Part shown: in pieces, positions 36,143-44,497 of the stretch | How positions within the stretch are numbered: the first letter of the stretch is position 1 | Layout: the number at the start of each line of letters is the position of its first letter | Assembly (NCBI GenBank): GCA_045631405.1 | Contig: JAZQUT010000090.1 | Location: forward strand, 5,896 to 69,895 | Origin: Acutalibacteraceae bacterium | GTDB taxonomy: Bacteria; Bacillota; Clostridia; Oscillospirales; Acutalibacteraceae | Reading direction: 5' to 3' | Length of the DNA stretch: 64,000 bases | Position numbers and translations under genes: made by a program | The notes under the pieces: generated by a model | Databases searched by the model: none | Seen by the model: only the letters and a program-made list of their open reading frames with translations | What the model was told of the DNA's origin: nothing

Positions 36143-37207
36143 TTGAATATTAAGCTTATCGGTTCACCAAAGGTTGTCATGACCAATACAGAAACTCATC
36201 ACGCATATTTTGCCTGGCCCACTATTGCAAGGCTTCAGAATGGAAAAATCTGCGTAGGTGCATCAGGCTACCGTGTGGAGCATATCTGTCCATTCGGCAA
36301 GGGTGTTTTAGCATTCAGCGATGACAACGGCGAAAGCTATAGCAAGCCTGTACCTGTTTTTGATACAGTTCTTGACGACAGAGATGTTGGTCTTTGTGTT
36401 TTCGGTGAAAGTGGACTTATTGCAACATCCTTTAATAACACCATTGAATTCCAAAGAGAAAACATGCCTCAGACTCAAGAATGCTTTGACTACATCAACT
36501 CTGTTTCTGCAGAGGATGAAGCAAGGGATTTAGGTATAAATTACAGAATAAGCCATGATTACGGAGAAACCTTCGGACCGATTTTTAAATCACCCATCTC
36601 CTCTCCTCACAGACCAACCGTTCTCAACGATGGTACTGTTTTATGGGTTGGCAGAAAGCTTGGCATTCATAACCATATGTATGCATACACCATTAACACA
36701 GACACAGGTGAAATGACCTTGCGTGGAGATTTGGGCATATATAAATACGACGAATTCAAAGAACTTTATTTTTATGAGCCACATGCAATTCAACTTGCAG
36801 ATGGTAAAATAATTTGTCACTTACGCGTAGAAAATGCAGAGGAAACCATATTCACTCTTTATCAAACAGTTTCTCTTGATAACGGTGTAACTTGGAGTAA
36901 GCCCGAGCAGATAACAAGAGACGATAGTGGTGCTCCTGGTCACCTTTTTATGCATTCATCAGGCACTCTGATTTCAACCTTTTCTCACCGAAAAAGACCA
37001 TATGGAATATGGGCTGTTTTCAGCAAGGACAATGGTGAAACATGGAGCGACGAGGTCATTTTGCACCATGGATACGATACCGATGATTTAGGCTATCCTT
37101 CAACAATAGAGCTCCCAAATGGAGAATTGATTACTGCCTTCTACACACGAAAAAGCGATGACGATTGTGACCCTGCCTTTATAATGCAGCAAAAATGGTC
37201 ATTTTAA
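36143..37207 (+). CDS. BNR/Asp-box repeat beta-propeller glycosidase (sialidase-like fold)
   Basis: Asp-boxes SDDNGESYS, SLDNGVTWS, SKDNGETWS and SHDYGETF. TTG start. Confidence 0.65.
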   Translation: MNIKLIGSPKVVMTNTETHHAYFAWPTIARLQNGKICVGASGYRVEHICPFGKGVLAFSDDNGESYSKPVPVFDTVLDDRDVGLCVFGESGLIATSFNNTIEFQRENMPQTQECFDYINSVSAEDEARDLGINYRISHDYGETFGPIFKSPISSPHRPTVLNDGTVLWVGRKLGIHNHMYAYTINTDTGEMTLRGDLGIYKYDEFKELYFYEPHAIQLADGKIICHLRVENAEETIFTLYQTVSLDNGVTWSKPEQITRDDSGAPGHLFMHSSGTLISTFSHRKRPYGIWAVFSKDNGETWSDEVILHHGYDTDDLGYPSTIELPNGELITAFYTRKSDDDCDPAFIMQQKWSF

Positions 37208-37220
37208 AAATAAAAAACAT

Positions 37221-37252
37221 AAGCCACTTAACAATGTTAAGTGGCTTTTTTT
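37221..37252 (+). terminator. Rho-independent terminator
   Basis: AAGCCACTTAAC (37221-37232) pairs with TTAAGTGGCTT (37237-37247), followed by a T-run. Confidence 0.75.
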
Positions 37253-37265
37253 AATTTATGGTTCA

Positions 37266-37294
37266 TTGACAAGAACGCTCTCAAGTGGTATTAT
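37266..37294 (+). promoter_or_regulatory. Promoter of the mrp operon
   Basis: TTGACA (37266-37271), a 17-nt spacer, then TATTAT (37289-37294). Confidence 0.55.
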
Positions 37295-37363
37295 GAGCGC
37301 GGCTATTTATTATAATAATATAAATATTTATAGTTTTTATTACATCTTGAAAGAGGGACAAAT

Positions 37364-37834
37364 ATGATAATTCTTCTTTTTCTCCTATGGATTATTTTAA
37401 ATGGCAGGTTTACTGCAGATTGGGGTATGCTCCAGATTTGCATAACCGGCATTATTCTTGTTGGTGGAATAAGTGTTTTTGCAAATAAGGTTTTCGGGTA
37501 TAAAATTTCTACCGAAATTCGTTTATGGAAAAAAGCTCCTTTACTTATACGCTATGCTACCTTACTTTTAAAGGAAATTGTATGCTCAAGCTTTAATATG
37601 ATTCTCATTGTGCTCAAAAAGAAGCCCTATGACCCTGTAATCATAAAAATGAACCCACCCTTAAAAACCAGGCTTGCAAGAGTTATTCTTGCAAACTCAA
37701 TAACTCTCACTCCCGGAACTATAACAGCAGATTTGACTGATGACTGCTTTACAGTTCACTGCATTCACCCATCTTTGGCAGAAAATCTTGAATCCTGCGA
37801 CTTTGTTAAGCTTTTGGAAAGGATTGAAAAATAA
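37364..37834 (+). CDS. mrpE: Mrp/Mnh antiporter subunit E
   Basis: 156-aa membrane protein starting LLFLLWIILNG. It is the first gene of a tightly packed mrp-type operon. Confidence 0.75.
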   Translation: MIILLFLLWIILNGRFTADWGMLQICITGIILVGGISVFANKVFGYKISTEIRLWKKAPLLIRYATLLLKEIVCSSFNMILIVLKKKPYDPVIIKMNPPLKTRLARVILANSITLTPGTITADLTDDCFTVHCIHPSLAENLESCDFVKLLERIEK

Positions 37835-37835
37835 A

Positions 37836-38132
37836 ATGATAGAGCAAGCATATTCAATTTTGTTTACAGTTGTTCTTGTCTGCCTTGGAATTGCAGCATT
37901 TATTGCTTTAATCCGTTCCATTACAGGTAAAACAATGATTAACCGTTTTATCGGTACAAATATTCTTTCAACAATAACTCTTATTGCAATCTGCGTTTTG
38001 GCAATTCTTTTCAAGGAAGCATATCTTCCTGATGTTGCAATTGTTTTTGCACTTCTCAGCTGTATTGCAGTTATGCTCTTATGCAAGATTTACATCAACC
38101 TCTTTGAGAAAAAGCAAGGAGGTAAAAAATGA
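37836..38132 (+). CDS. mrpF: Mrp/Mnh antiporter subunit F
   Basis: LIRSITGKTMINRFIGTNIL matches the MnhF pattern (R.i.GPt..DR). The ATG at 37836 follows the mrpE stop by 1 nt. Confidence 0.75.
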   Translation: MIEQAYSILFTVVLVCLGIAAFIALIRSITGKTMINRFIGTNILSTITLIAICVLAILFKEAYLPDVAIVFALLSCIAVMLLCKIYINLFEKKQGGKK

Positions 38133-38494
38133 TGCTTGAATGGATAAGATTCGGAATAGTCGCTTTGCTTTTCGGAGCAGGACTTATTACCCTCTTTATT
38201 TCTCTTTTCGGAACATTCCGTCTTGACTATGCACTTAACAGACTTCATTCCTCTGCAATAACTGATACACTTGTTCTGCTTCTGTTTGTAGTTGGATGTG
38301 TTATTGCATCAGGTGCAGATATCATCTCTGCTAAAATTATTATAGTTTTATTTATTCAATGGTGCACAAGCCCACTGGTTTCTCATATGTTTGTTAAAGC
38401 AAAGCTTAGAACAGATAAAAAGCTCAAGCTCCATTGCAGACTACCTGAATGCGAAGAGCCTGCAGACAATCTTACAGAGAAGGAGGATGAATAA
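38129..38494 (+). CDS. mrpG: Mrp/Mnh antiporter subunit G
   Basis: FGTFRLDYALNRLHSSAITDTL matches the MnhG pattern (R.pD...R.Ha). It overlaps the upstream gene by 4 nt. Confidence 0.75.
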   Translation: MMLEWIRFGIVALLFGAGLITLFISLFGTFRLDYALNRLHSSAITDTLVLLLFVVGCVIASGADIISAKIIIVLFIQWCTSPLVSHMFVKAKLRTDKKLKLHCRLPECEEPADNLTEKEDE

Positions 38495-38796
38495 TGCCTG
38501 ACCTTATTACAATTTTCAGAATATTCCTTCTTTTCTCTCTTGTGGTTTGTGCTATATGTACTGCCCTTTCAAAAAGAGTTATGACTGCTCTTATTATTTT
38601 CACATCCTACAGTATAATTATGTCTATTGTCTGGCTTCTTTTGCGCTCTCCTGACCTTGCGATTACCGAGGCTGCAGTTGGCGCAGGTGTTGATGGTGTT
38701 TTATTCTTTCTTACATTGAGAAAGCTTCATCTGATTGACAAGGACAAGGAAGAAAAGGACAAAAAGAAAAACGAGGTGAGCGACAATGAAAAATAA
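38494..38796 (+). CDS. MbhD/DUF4040-like subunit (the N-terminal MrpB-like piece that is fused to MrpA in canonical Mrp)
   Basis: LLLRSPDLAITEAAVGAGVDGVLF is the characteristic APDVALTEAAVGAG motif. Confidence 0.7.
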   Translation: MPDLITIFRIFLLFSLVVCAICTALSKRVMTALIIFTSYSIIMSIVWLLLRSPDLAITEAAVGAGVDGVLFFLTLRKLHLIDKDKEEKDKKKNEVSDNEK

Positions 38797-39700
38797 TTTT
38801 CGTGACACCTTCCGTCAATGGTATGACGGTGCAATAAGCCTTGATGAAAAAATATCTCAAGGTAAAGAAGAGGCTCATATCACAAAGGAAGAGCCTAAAA
38901 AGAAAATTCCTACAATCAATTCAATTGAAAACAAGGAAATGCAGATTTCCTCAAGACTTTATAAAATCCTTTGTGTTGTATTCTGTCTTATCTTATGTGG
39001 AATTCTTATCGGTATGGTTAATTTCCTCCCTCTTTTTGCAAGAGAGAACACTCCTACTGTCAACGAGGTTTCTGACCACTATGTTGAAAATGGCAGAGAT
39101 GAAACCGGTGCTGTAAATACTGTTGCAGGTATGATTCTCGACTATCGTGCCTTTGACACCTTGGGCGAGTCCTTTGTGCTTTTCACTGCAACCTGTGCAG
39201 TTTTACTTCTTCTTGAGCAATCTGAAAAAGAAGATGGTAAAAAGAAGAATGTAAAAAAGGAAGCATTTTTATACAAACATGACCCTATTGTCTGCACAAT
39301 AGTTAAAATTCTTATTCCCATTATTTTTGTTTTCGGAGTTTACATTTTATTCAATGGTCACCTCTCCCCCGGTGGTGGATTTTCAGGTGGTGCTATTCTC
39401 GGCGCAGGCTTCATTCTTTTCGCTATGGCATTCGGTGAAGAAAAGGCAGCAAAGGTATTCACTCCAAAGCTCATTCGCATCGTTACCATTTGTTCACTCT
39501 CCTTCTACTGCCTTGCAAAGAGCTATTCGTTTTTTACAGGCAACGAATTCAACGGTGTTCATTCAATCATATCAAGTGGTACACCCGGCAATTTCCTCTC
39601 AGGTGGTCTGATTCTCCCCTTGAACATTGCTGTTGGTTGCGTTGTTTGCTGTACTATGTATAGCTTCTATATGTTATTTAAAAGGGGGCGTCTGGATTGA
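38786..39700 (+). CDS. mrpB: Mrp/Mnh antiporter subunit B (MnhB domain with a hydrophilic N-terminal extension)
   Basis: ETGAVNTVAGMILDYRAFDTLGESFVLFTA is the MnhB signature. RBS GAGGTG. Confidence 0.75.
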   Translation: MKNNFRDTFRQWYDGAISLDEKISQGKEEAHITKEEPKKKIPTINSIENKEMQISSRLYKILCVVFCLILCGILIGMVNFLPLFARENTPTVNEVSDHYVENGRDETGAVNTVAGMILDYRAFDTLGESFVLFTATCAVLLLLEQSEKEDGKKKNVKKEAFLYKHDPIVCTIVKILIPIIFVFGVYILFNGHLSPGGGFSGGAILGAGFILFAMAFGEEKAAKVFTPKLIRIVTICSLSFYCLAKSYSFFTGNEFNGVHSIISSGTPGNFLSGGLILPLNIAVGCVVCCTMYSFYMLFKRGRLD

Positions 39701-40074
39701 ATCTTCTTATAAACTATGAAGAAGCTACCTCTATGATATTATTTGCCATAGGCTTCACTATGTTGGTTTTCTCAAAAAATCTGTTAAAGAAAATTATGGG
39801 GCTCAATATTATGGACACAGGCATTTATCTTTTCCTCGCCTCTATGGGCTACATTGAAAACAAGCTCTCTCCCATAGTTCCCTCAACAGGTAATGTCAAT
39901 GCTTCAGATTATATTAACCCTATACCTACAGGACTTGTTCTTACAGGTATCGTTGTTTCAGTCAGCGTTTCGGCACTTATGCTTGCGCTCACAGTAAGGC
40001 TATATAAAAAATTCCATACTCTTAACCTTGACGAAATTTACGAAAAATGCAATAAAGAGGAGGAAGATGAATAA
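39697..40074 (+). CDS. mrpC: Mrp/Mnh antiporter subunit C (NuoK-like)
   Basis: 125 aa with 3 TM segments. IMGLNIMDTGIYLFL resembles NuoK/MnhC. Confidence 0.75.
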   Translation: MNLLINYEEATSMILFAIGFTMLVFSKNLLKKIMGLNIMDTGIYLFLASMGYIENKLSPIVPSTGNVNASDYINPIPTGLVLTGIVVSVSVSALMLALTVRLYKKFHTLNLDEIYEKCNKEEEDE

Positions 40075-41582
40075 TGGATTTCATTCAGAATTTCCCCTTT
40101 ATAACAATTGTTCTTTCTCTTTTTTGCTCCATTATTGCTTTTGGCTTCAAGGGGAAAAATGCTCGTTTTGTAACCTATTTCCTCTTAATCAGCTCGGCGA
40201 TAATGTCCTTAAGCGTAATCATTTACAACAGCACTGTTGGTGACGGCTATTTTGTTTACAGAATGGGTCATTATGATGCTCCTATAGGTAACGAAATTTC
40301 TGCAGGCTTTTTAGAGCCATTCTTCGCCTTATTATTCGAAGCAGTTATTTTCCTTGCTATCACAGGTGGGTCAAAGAAGATTTTTGAAGATATAAAAGAA
40401 GCCAAGCAAAAATTCTTTTATATAATGGTAAATCTTACTCATGCAGCTTTAGTTGCATTGTGCTACACCAATGATATTTTCACAGCTTATGTTTTCATTG
40501 AAATCTGTACAATTGCATCCTGCTCGCTGCTGATGCTTCGCTCATCAGGAAGATCCCTTGTTGCAGCAACAAGATATATGATCTTCAGTCTTATAGGCTC
40601 AGCCTTCACACTTATCGGTATAATCCTTCTGTATTCTATAACCGGACATTTGCTTTTCCCTCAGCTTTATTCTACATTACACGCTCTTTGGGAAACCGGC
40701 AGCTACACAATGCCCCTGACAATATCCTTAGGTCTTTTAATTTGTGGTCTTGCAATAAAAAGTGGTCTTTTCCCCTTCCACTTCTGGATGCCCGACACCT
40801 ACGGAACTGCAACACCTGCTGCATCGGGTATTTTATCGGGTGTTGTTTCAAAGGGCTATATATTCCTTCTTTTCAAAATTATTTACAGAGTTATAAGCGT
40901 AGAGATTTTCCTTGATTCAGGTATTCATTATCTTATTTTCGCATTAGGTATTCTTGGAATGATATTTGGTTCTGTGGCAGCAATAAATGCAAAAAACATA
41001 AACTTTATGATAGCTTTCTCCTCTGCTGCTCAGATTGGCTATATCTATATGGGCTTAGGCCTTGGTACAAAAGCTGCTTTAGTGGCTTCTCTTTTCCAGA
41101 TTACTGCCCACGCTCTTACAAAGCCCCTGCTTTTCCTTTCTGCTTCAGGGCTTTCTCAGACAGTTTCAGGAAAACAGAGTTTCTCTGCCATCGCATCCTC
41201 AGGCCATAGCAACAAAATCGCAGGCATGACCTTTGGCGCAGGTGCACTTTCAATGATTGGTATTCCCATATTTGCTGGCTTCGTGCCAAAGCTACTTTTC
41301 GGTATGTCGGCATTCGGACACGGAATTGAAACCTATCTGGTTTTGATTGCTCTTGCAATAAGTACAATTCTTAATGTGGTTTACTTCCTGAGAACAACAG
41401 TCAACATTTTCGGTCCTAAGAAGAAGGAGATTAAAAGAAGGTCTATAACCTTTAAGGATTCAAAGGCTTTCTCTGTTGTTACTCTTACTATGGCAGTAAT
41501 GAATATCGCTGTTGGTCTTAATTCTCAACCCTTTATTACCTTTTTCGAAAAAGGTATTGAAATCTTTTCAACTATGAGGTAA
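40074..41582 (+). CDS. mrpD: Antiporter-like subunit, MrpD/NuoN type (copy 1)
   Basis: LFPFHFWMPDTYGTATPAASGILSG is the proton-conducting membrane transporter motif. Confidence 0.8.
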   Translation: MDFIQNFPFITIVLSLFCSIIAFGFKGKNARFVTYFLLISSAIMSLSVIIYNSTVGDGYFVYRMGHYDAPIGNEISAGFLEPFFALLFEAVIFLAITGGSKKIFEDIKEAKQKFFYIMVNLTHAALVALCYTNDIFTAYVFIEICTIASCSLLMLRSSGRSLVAATRYMIFSLIGSAFTLIGIILLYSITGHLLFPQLYSTLHALWETGSYTMPLTISLGLLICGLAIKSGLFPFHFWMPDTYGTATPAASGILSGVVSKGYIFLLFKIIYRVISVEIFLDSGIHYLIFALGILGMIFGSVAAINAKNINFMIAFSSAAQIGYIYMGLGLGTKAALVASLFQITAHALTKPLLFLSASGLSQTVSGKQSFSAIASSGHSNKIAGMTFGAGALSMIGIPIFAGFVPKLLFGMSAFGHGIETYLVLIALAISTILNVVYFLRTTVNIFGPKKKEIKRRSITFKDSKAFSVVTLTMAVMNIAVGLNSQPFITFFEKGIEIFSTMR

Positions 41583-41587
41583 TTTTA

Positions 41588-43033
41588 ATGGCTATAATTA
41601 TTTCAATTTTATTCCCTTTTATCTGTGGAATAAGTATGTTATTAATCAAAAAAATAAATAAACGCTCCTTAAAATCAGTGCTTACTGTAGCTTTACAGGT
41701 TGTTCAGACAATTTTAGCCCTAGGCGTTGTAATAGGAGATGAGGTATCTTCGGGTAGCTTCAGCTTCGTCGATGGTCTTTCTTTAGGCTTTACCTCCGAT
41801 ATTACTGCTAAGGTTTTCTGTGCAATTGTTTCAGTCGCATGGCTTCTTGTTACAATTTATGCCTGTGTTTATATGAAGCACGAAGAAAAGGAAGAACGAT
41901 TTTTCCTTTTCTCCTTCCTTACTCAAGGCGCTATGATGGGTGCAATTCTCTCAAATACTCTTATTTCTATGTATGTGTTCTTTGAGCTTGTTACTCTTTT
42001 CTCTGCACCCTTAGTGCTTCATTCTCTTTCCAAGGAATCTATTGCTGCTGCAAAGAAATATCTTTACTATTCTGTTGCAGGTGCATTTATGGCACTTTTC
42101 GGGATTTTCGTTCTGGCAACAAATGCATCAACTCTTACATTCTCTTCAGCAGGCGTTATTACTGAGGCTACTCCTCTCGTTTTGGCAGGTGCATTCTCAA
42201 TGTGCATCGGCTTTGGTGCAAAGGCTGGTCTCTTCCCCTTGCACGGATGGTTGCCTACTGCGCATCCCGTTGCTCCTGCTCCTGCAAGCGCACTCCTTTC
42301 AGGTATTATCGCAAAAATCGGTGTTCTCGCAATTATAAGAACTGTTTTCTTCACTGTTGGCGCTGAAAACATCTCAGGCACTTGGGTTCAGACTGCACTT
42401 TTGGCTTTATCTCTTCTCACCGTGCTTATGGGCTCAATGATGGCTTATAAAGAAAAGATTTTCAAGAAAAGACTTGCATATTCAACTGTCAGCCAGATTT
42501 CTTATGTTTTAACAGGTCTTTTCCTTTTCACCGAAGCCGGCTTTGAGGGTGCCTTATGGCAGATTCTCTTCCACGCCATTGTTAAGGTTGGCTTGTTCCT
42601 TTGTGCAGGTGCTGTTATTTTCCTTTATGGTAAAACACAGGTCAGCGAGCTTTCAGGCATCGGCAAAAAAATGCCTGTCACATTCGCTTGCTTCACAGTT
42701 TTATCATTATCTCTTATCGGTATTCCTCCTACAGGTGGATTCTTCAGCAAATGGCATCTTGCAACAGCTTCATTAGCTAATGCTGATATTGGTGCTTTCT
42801 CTTGGCTTGCGCCTGTAATTCTTCTTATTTCAGCGCTTTTAACTGCAGGCTATCTCCTCTATATTGTTATAAAAGCATTCTGGGGAAAAGACGACTCAGA
42901 GGCGGATGCAAAAAAAGAGCCTTTGCCTATGACTATTCCTTTGATAATTCTTTCAGCTCTTGCACTTTTTGGTGGCATCTTCTCTCAGGAAATAGGTGCA
43001 GCTCTTTCTGCAGTTTCTCAAGCAATTTTTTAA
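41588..43033 (+). CDS. mrpD: Antiporter-like subunit, MrpD/NuoM type (copy 2)
   Basis: LFPLHGWLPTAHPVAPAPASALLSGIIAKIG. Confidence 0.8.
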   Translation: MAIIISILFPFICGISMLLIKKINKRSLKSVLTVALQVVQTILALGVVIGDEVSSGSFSFVDGLSLGFTSDITAKVFCAIVSVAWLLVTIYACVYMKHEEKEERFFLFSFLTQGAMMGAILSNTLISMYVFFELVTLFSAPLVLHSLSKESIAAAKKYLYYSVAGAFMALFGIFVLATNASTLTFSSAGVITEATPLVLAGAFSMCIGFGAKAGLFPLHGWLPTAHPVAPAPASALLSGIIAKIGVLAIIRTVFFTVGAENISGTWVQTALLALSLLTVLMGSMMAYKEKIFKKRLAYSTVSQISYVLTGLFLFTEAGFEGALWQILFHAIVKVGLFLCAGAVIFLYGKTQVSELSGIGKKMPVTFACFTVLSLSLIGIPPTGGFFSKWHLATASLANADIGAFSWLAPVILLISALLTAGYLLYIVIKAFWGKDDSEADAKKEPLPMTIPLIILSALALFGGIFSQEIGAALSAVSQAIF

Positions 43034-43045
43034 GAGGTAATTTTA

Positions 43046-44497
43046 ATGAACAATACAATTCTTCTTATTCCGATTTTCTTTCCGATAATCATGGGAATAA
43101 TTTCATTTTTAATTCCTTTTAAAAATCAAAAGGCTCATAATTTATTTATAGGTCTTTCAATTGTTATTTCCTCCCTTTCGGTATGGCTTTCGGTATTCAA
43201 TTCTTCAGAAGGCTCGTTGGTTATTCTCACCTTTACCAACAACCTTGATTTTGCTTTGAATTTTGATGGTGCAGGTAAAATATTTGCTTGCCTTTCTGCA
43301 ACTCTTTGGCCCCTGACTGCTTTGTATGCCTTTGATTATATGAAGCACGAAAAGCATCTTAAAATGTTCTACTGCTTTTTCACAATGTCATTTGGTGCCA
43401 CAATGGGTATTGCTATGGCAGGTAATTTGCTTACAATGTACCTCTTTTATGAGCTTCTCACGCTTTTCACAATTCCACTTGTTATGCACGGAATGAAGCA
43501 TATTCATAAAAAAGCTGCAAGAAAATATATGGTATTTTCTATTGGTGGAGCAGCATTTGCCTTCACAGGCGTTGTTTACCTTATTATAAACAATGCAAAC
43601 ACCTTCGTTTTCGGTGGACACATTATTAATCCTGAAGATCCTACTATTGCAGCTATACTCTTTATTTTCACATTTATGGGCTTGGGCGTTAAGGCTGCCA
43701 TATTCCCCTTGCACAGTTGGCTCCCCTCAGCATCAGTTGCGCCAACACCTGTTACAGCCTTACTTCACGCAGTTGCAGTTGTTAAAGCAGGTGCCTTCGC
43801 TCTTATAAGATTGGTTTATTATTCCTACGGAACTGAATTCCTTAAAGGAAGCTTGGCTCAGGATATTACAATGGCAATCTGCATTTTCACCATTCTTTAC
43901 GGCTCTATAAGTGCATTAAAGCAGCCTCATTTCAAGCGCAGATTGGCTTATTCAACAATTTCCAATCTTTCTTATATCACCTTCGCAGTCACTCTTATGT
44001 CAAAAGCAGGGCTTATAGCTGCCTTCTGTCATCTGATTTTCCATTCAGTTATTAAAATCGGTGCATTCTTCTGCGCAGGCTCTGTTCTTCATAATTCAAA
44101 AGAGGAATATATTAACAGGCTTGAGGGTCTTGGAAGAAAAATGCCATTAACCTTTGGCTTCTTCGCTGTTTTCGCCTTAGGTCTTACGGGTATTCCTCCT
44201 CTCTGTGGATTTTTCAGCAAATGGTATATTGCCCTTGCTTCTGTTGACAATGGCTCATCCTTTGCAATCGCAGGCGTTATTGTTCTTTTAATTTCAGCCT
44301 TCCTTACAGCCATTTATATGCTTTCGCCTGTAATCAAGGCATTCTTCCCATCAAAAGATGCTACGAGCAATTCCAAGGCAAAGGAAGCAAATTGGAGAAT
44401 GCTTGTTCCTATAGGTATTTGTGCAGTTTTATGTATCCTTTTAGGAATCTTTGCACAAGCACCCATAAATTTAATTGAAGGGGTGTTAGGAATATGA
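43046..44497 (+). CDS. mrpD: Antiporter-like subunit, MrpD/NuoM type (copy 3)
   Basis: IFPLHSWLPSASVAPTPVTALLHAVAVVKAG. Confidence 0.8.
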   Translation: MNNTILLIPIFFPIIMGIISFLIPFKNQKAHNLFIGLSIVISSLSVWLSVFNSSEGSLVILTFTNNLDFALNFDGAGKIFACLSATLWPLTALYAFDYMKHEKHLKMFYCFFTMSFGATMGIAMAGNLLTMYLFYELLTLFTIPLVMHGMKHIHKKAARKYMVFSIGGAAFAFTGVVYLIINNANTFVFGGHIINPEDPTIAAILFIFTFMGLGVKAAIFPLHSWLPSASVAPTPVTALLHAVAVVKAGAFALIRLVYYSYGTEFLKGSLAQDITMAICIFTILYGSISALKQPHFKRRLAYSTISNLSYITFAVTLMSKAGLIAAFCHLIFHSVIKIGAFFCAGSVLHNSKEEYINRLEGLGRKMPLTFGFFAVFALGLTGIPPLCGFFSKWYIALASVDNGSSFAIAGVIVLLISAFLTAIYMLSPVIKAFFPSKDATSNSKAKEANWRMLVPIGICAVLCILLGIFAQAPINLIEGVLGI

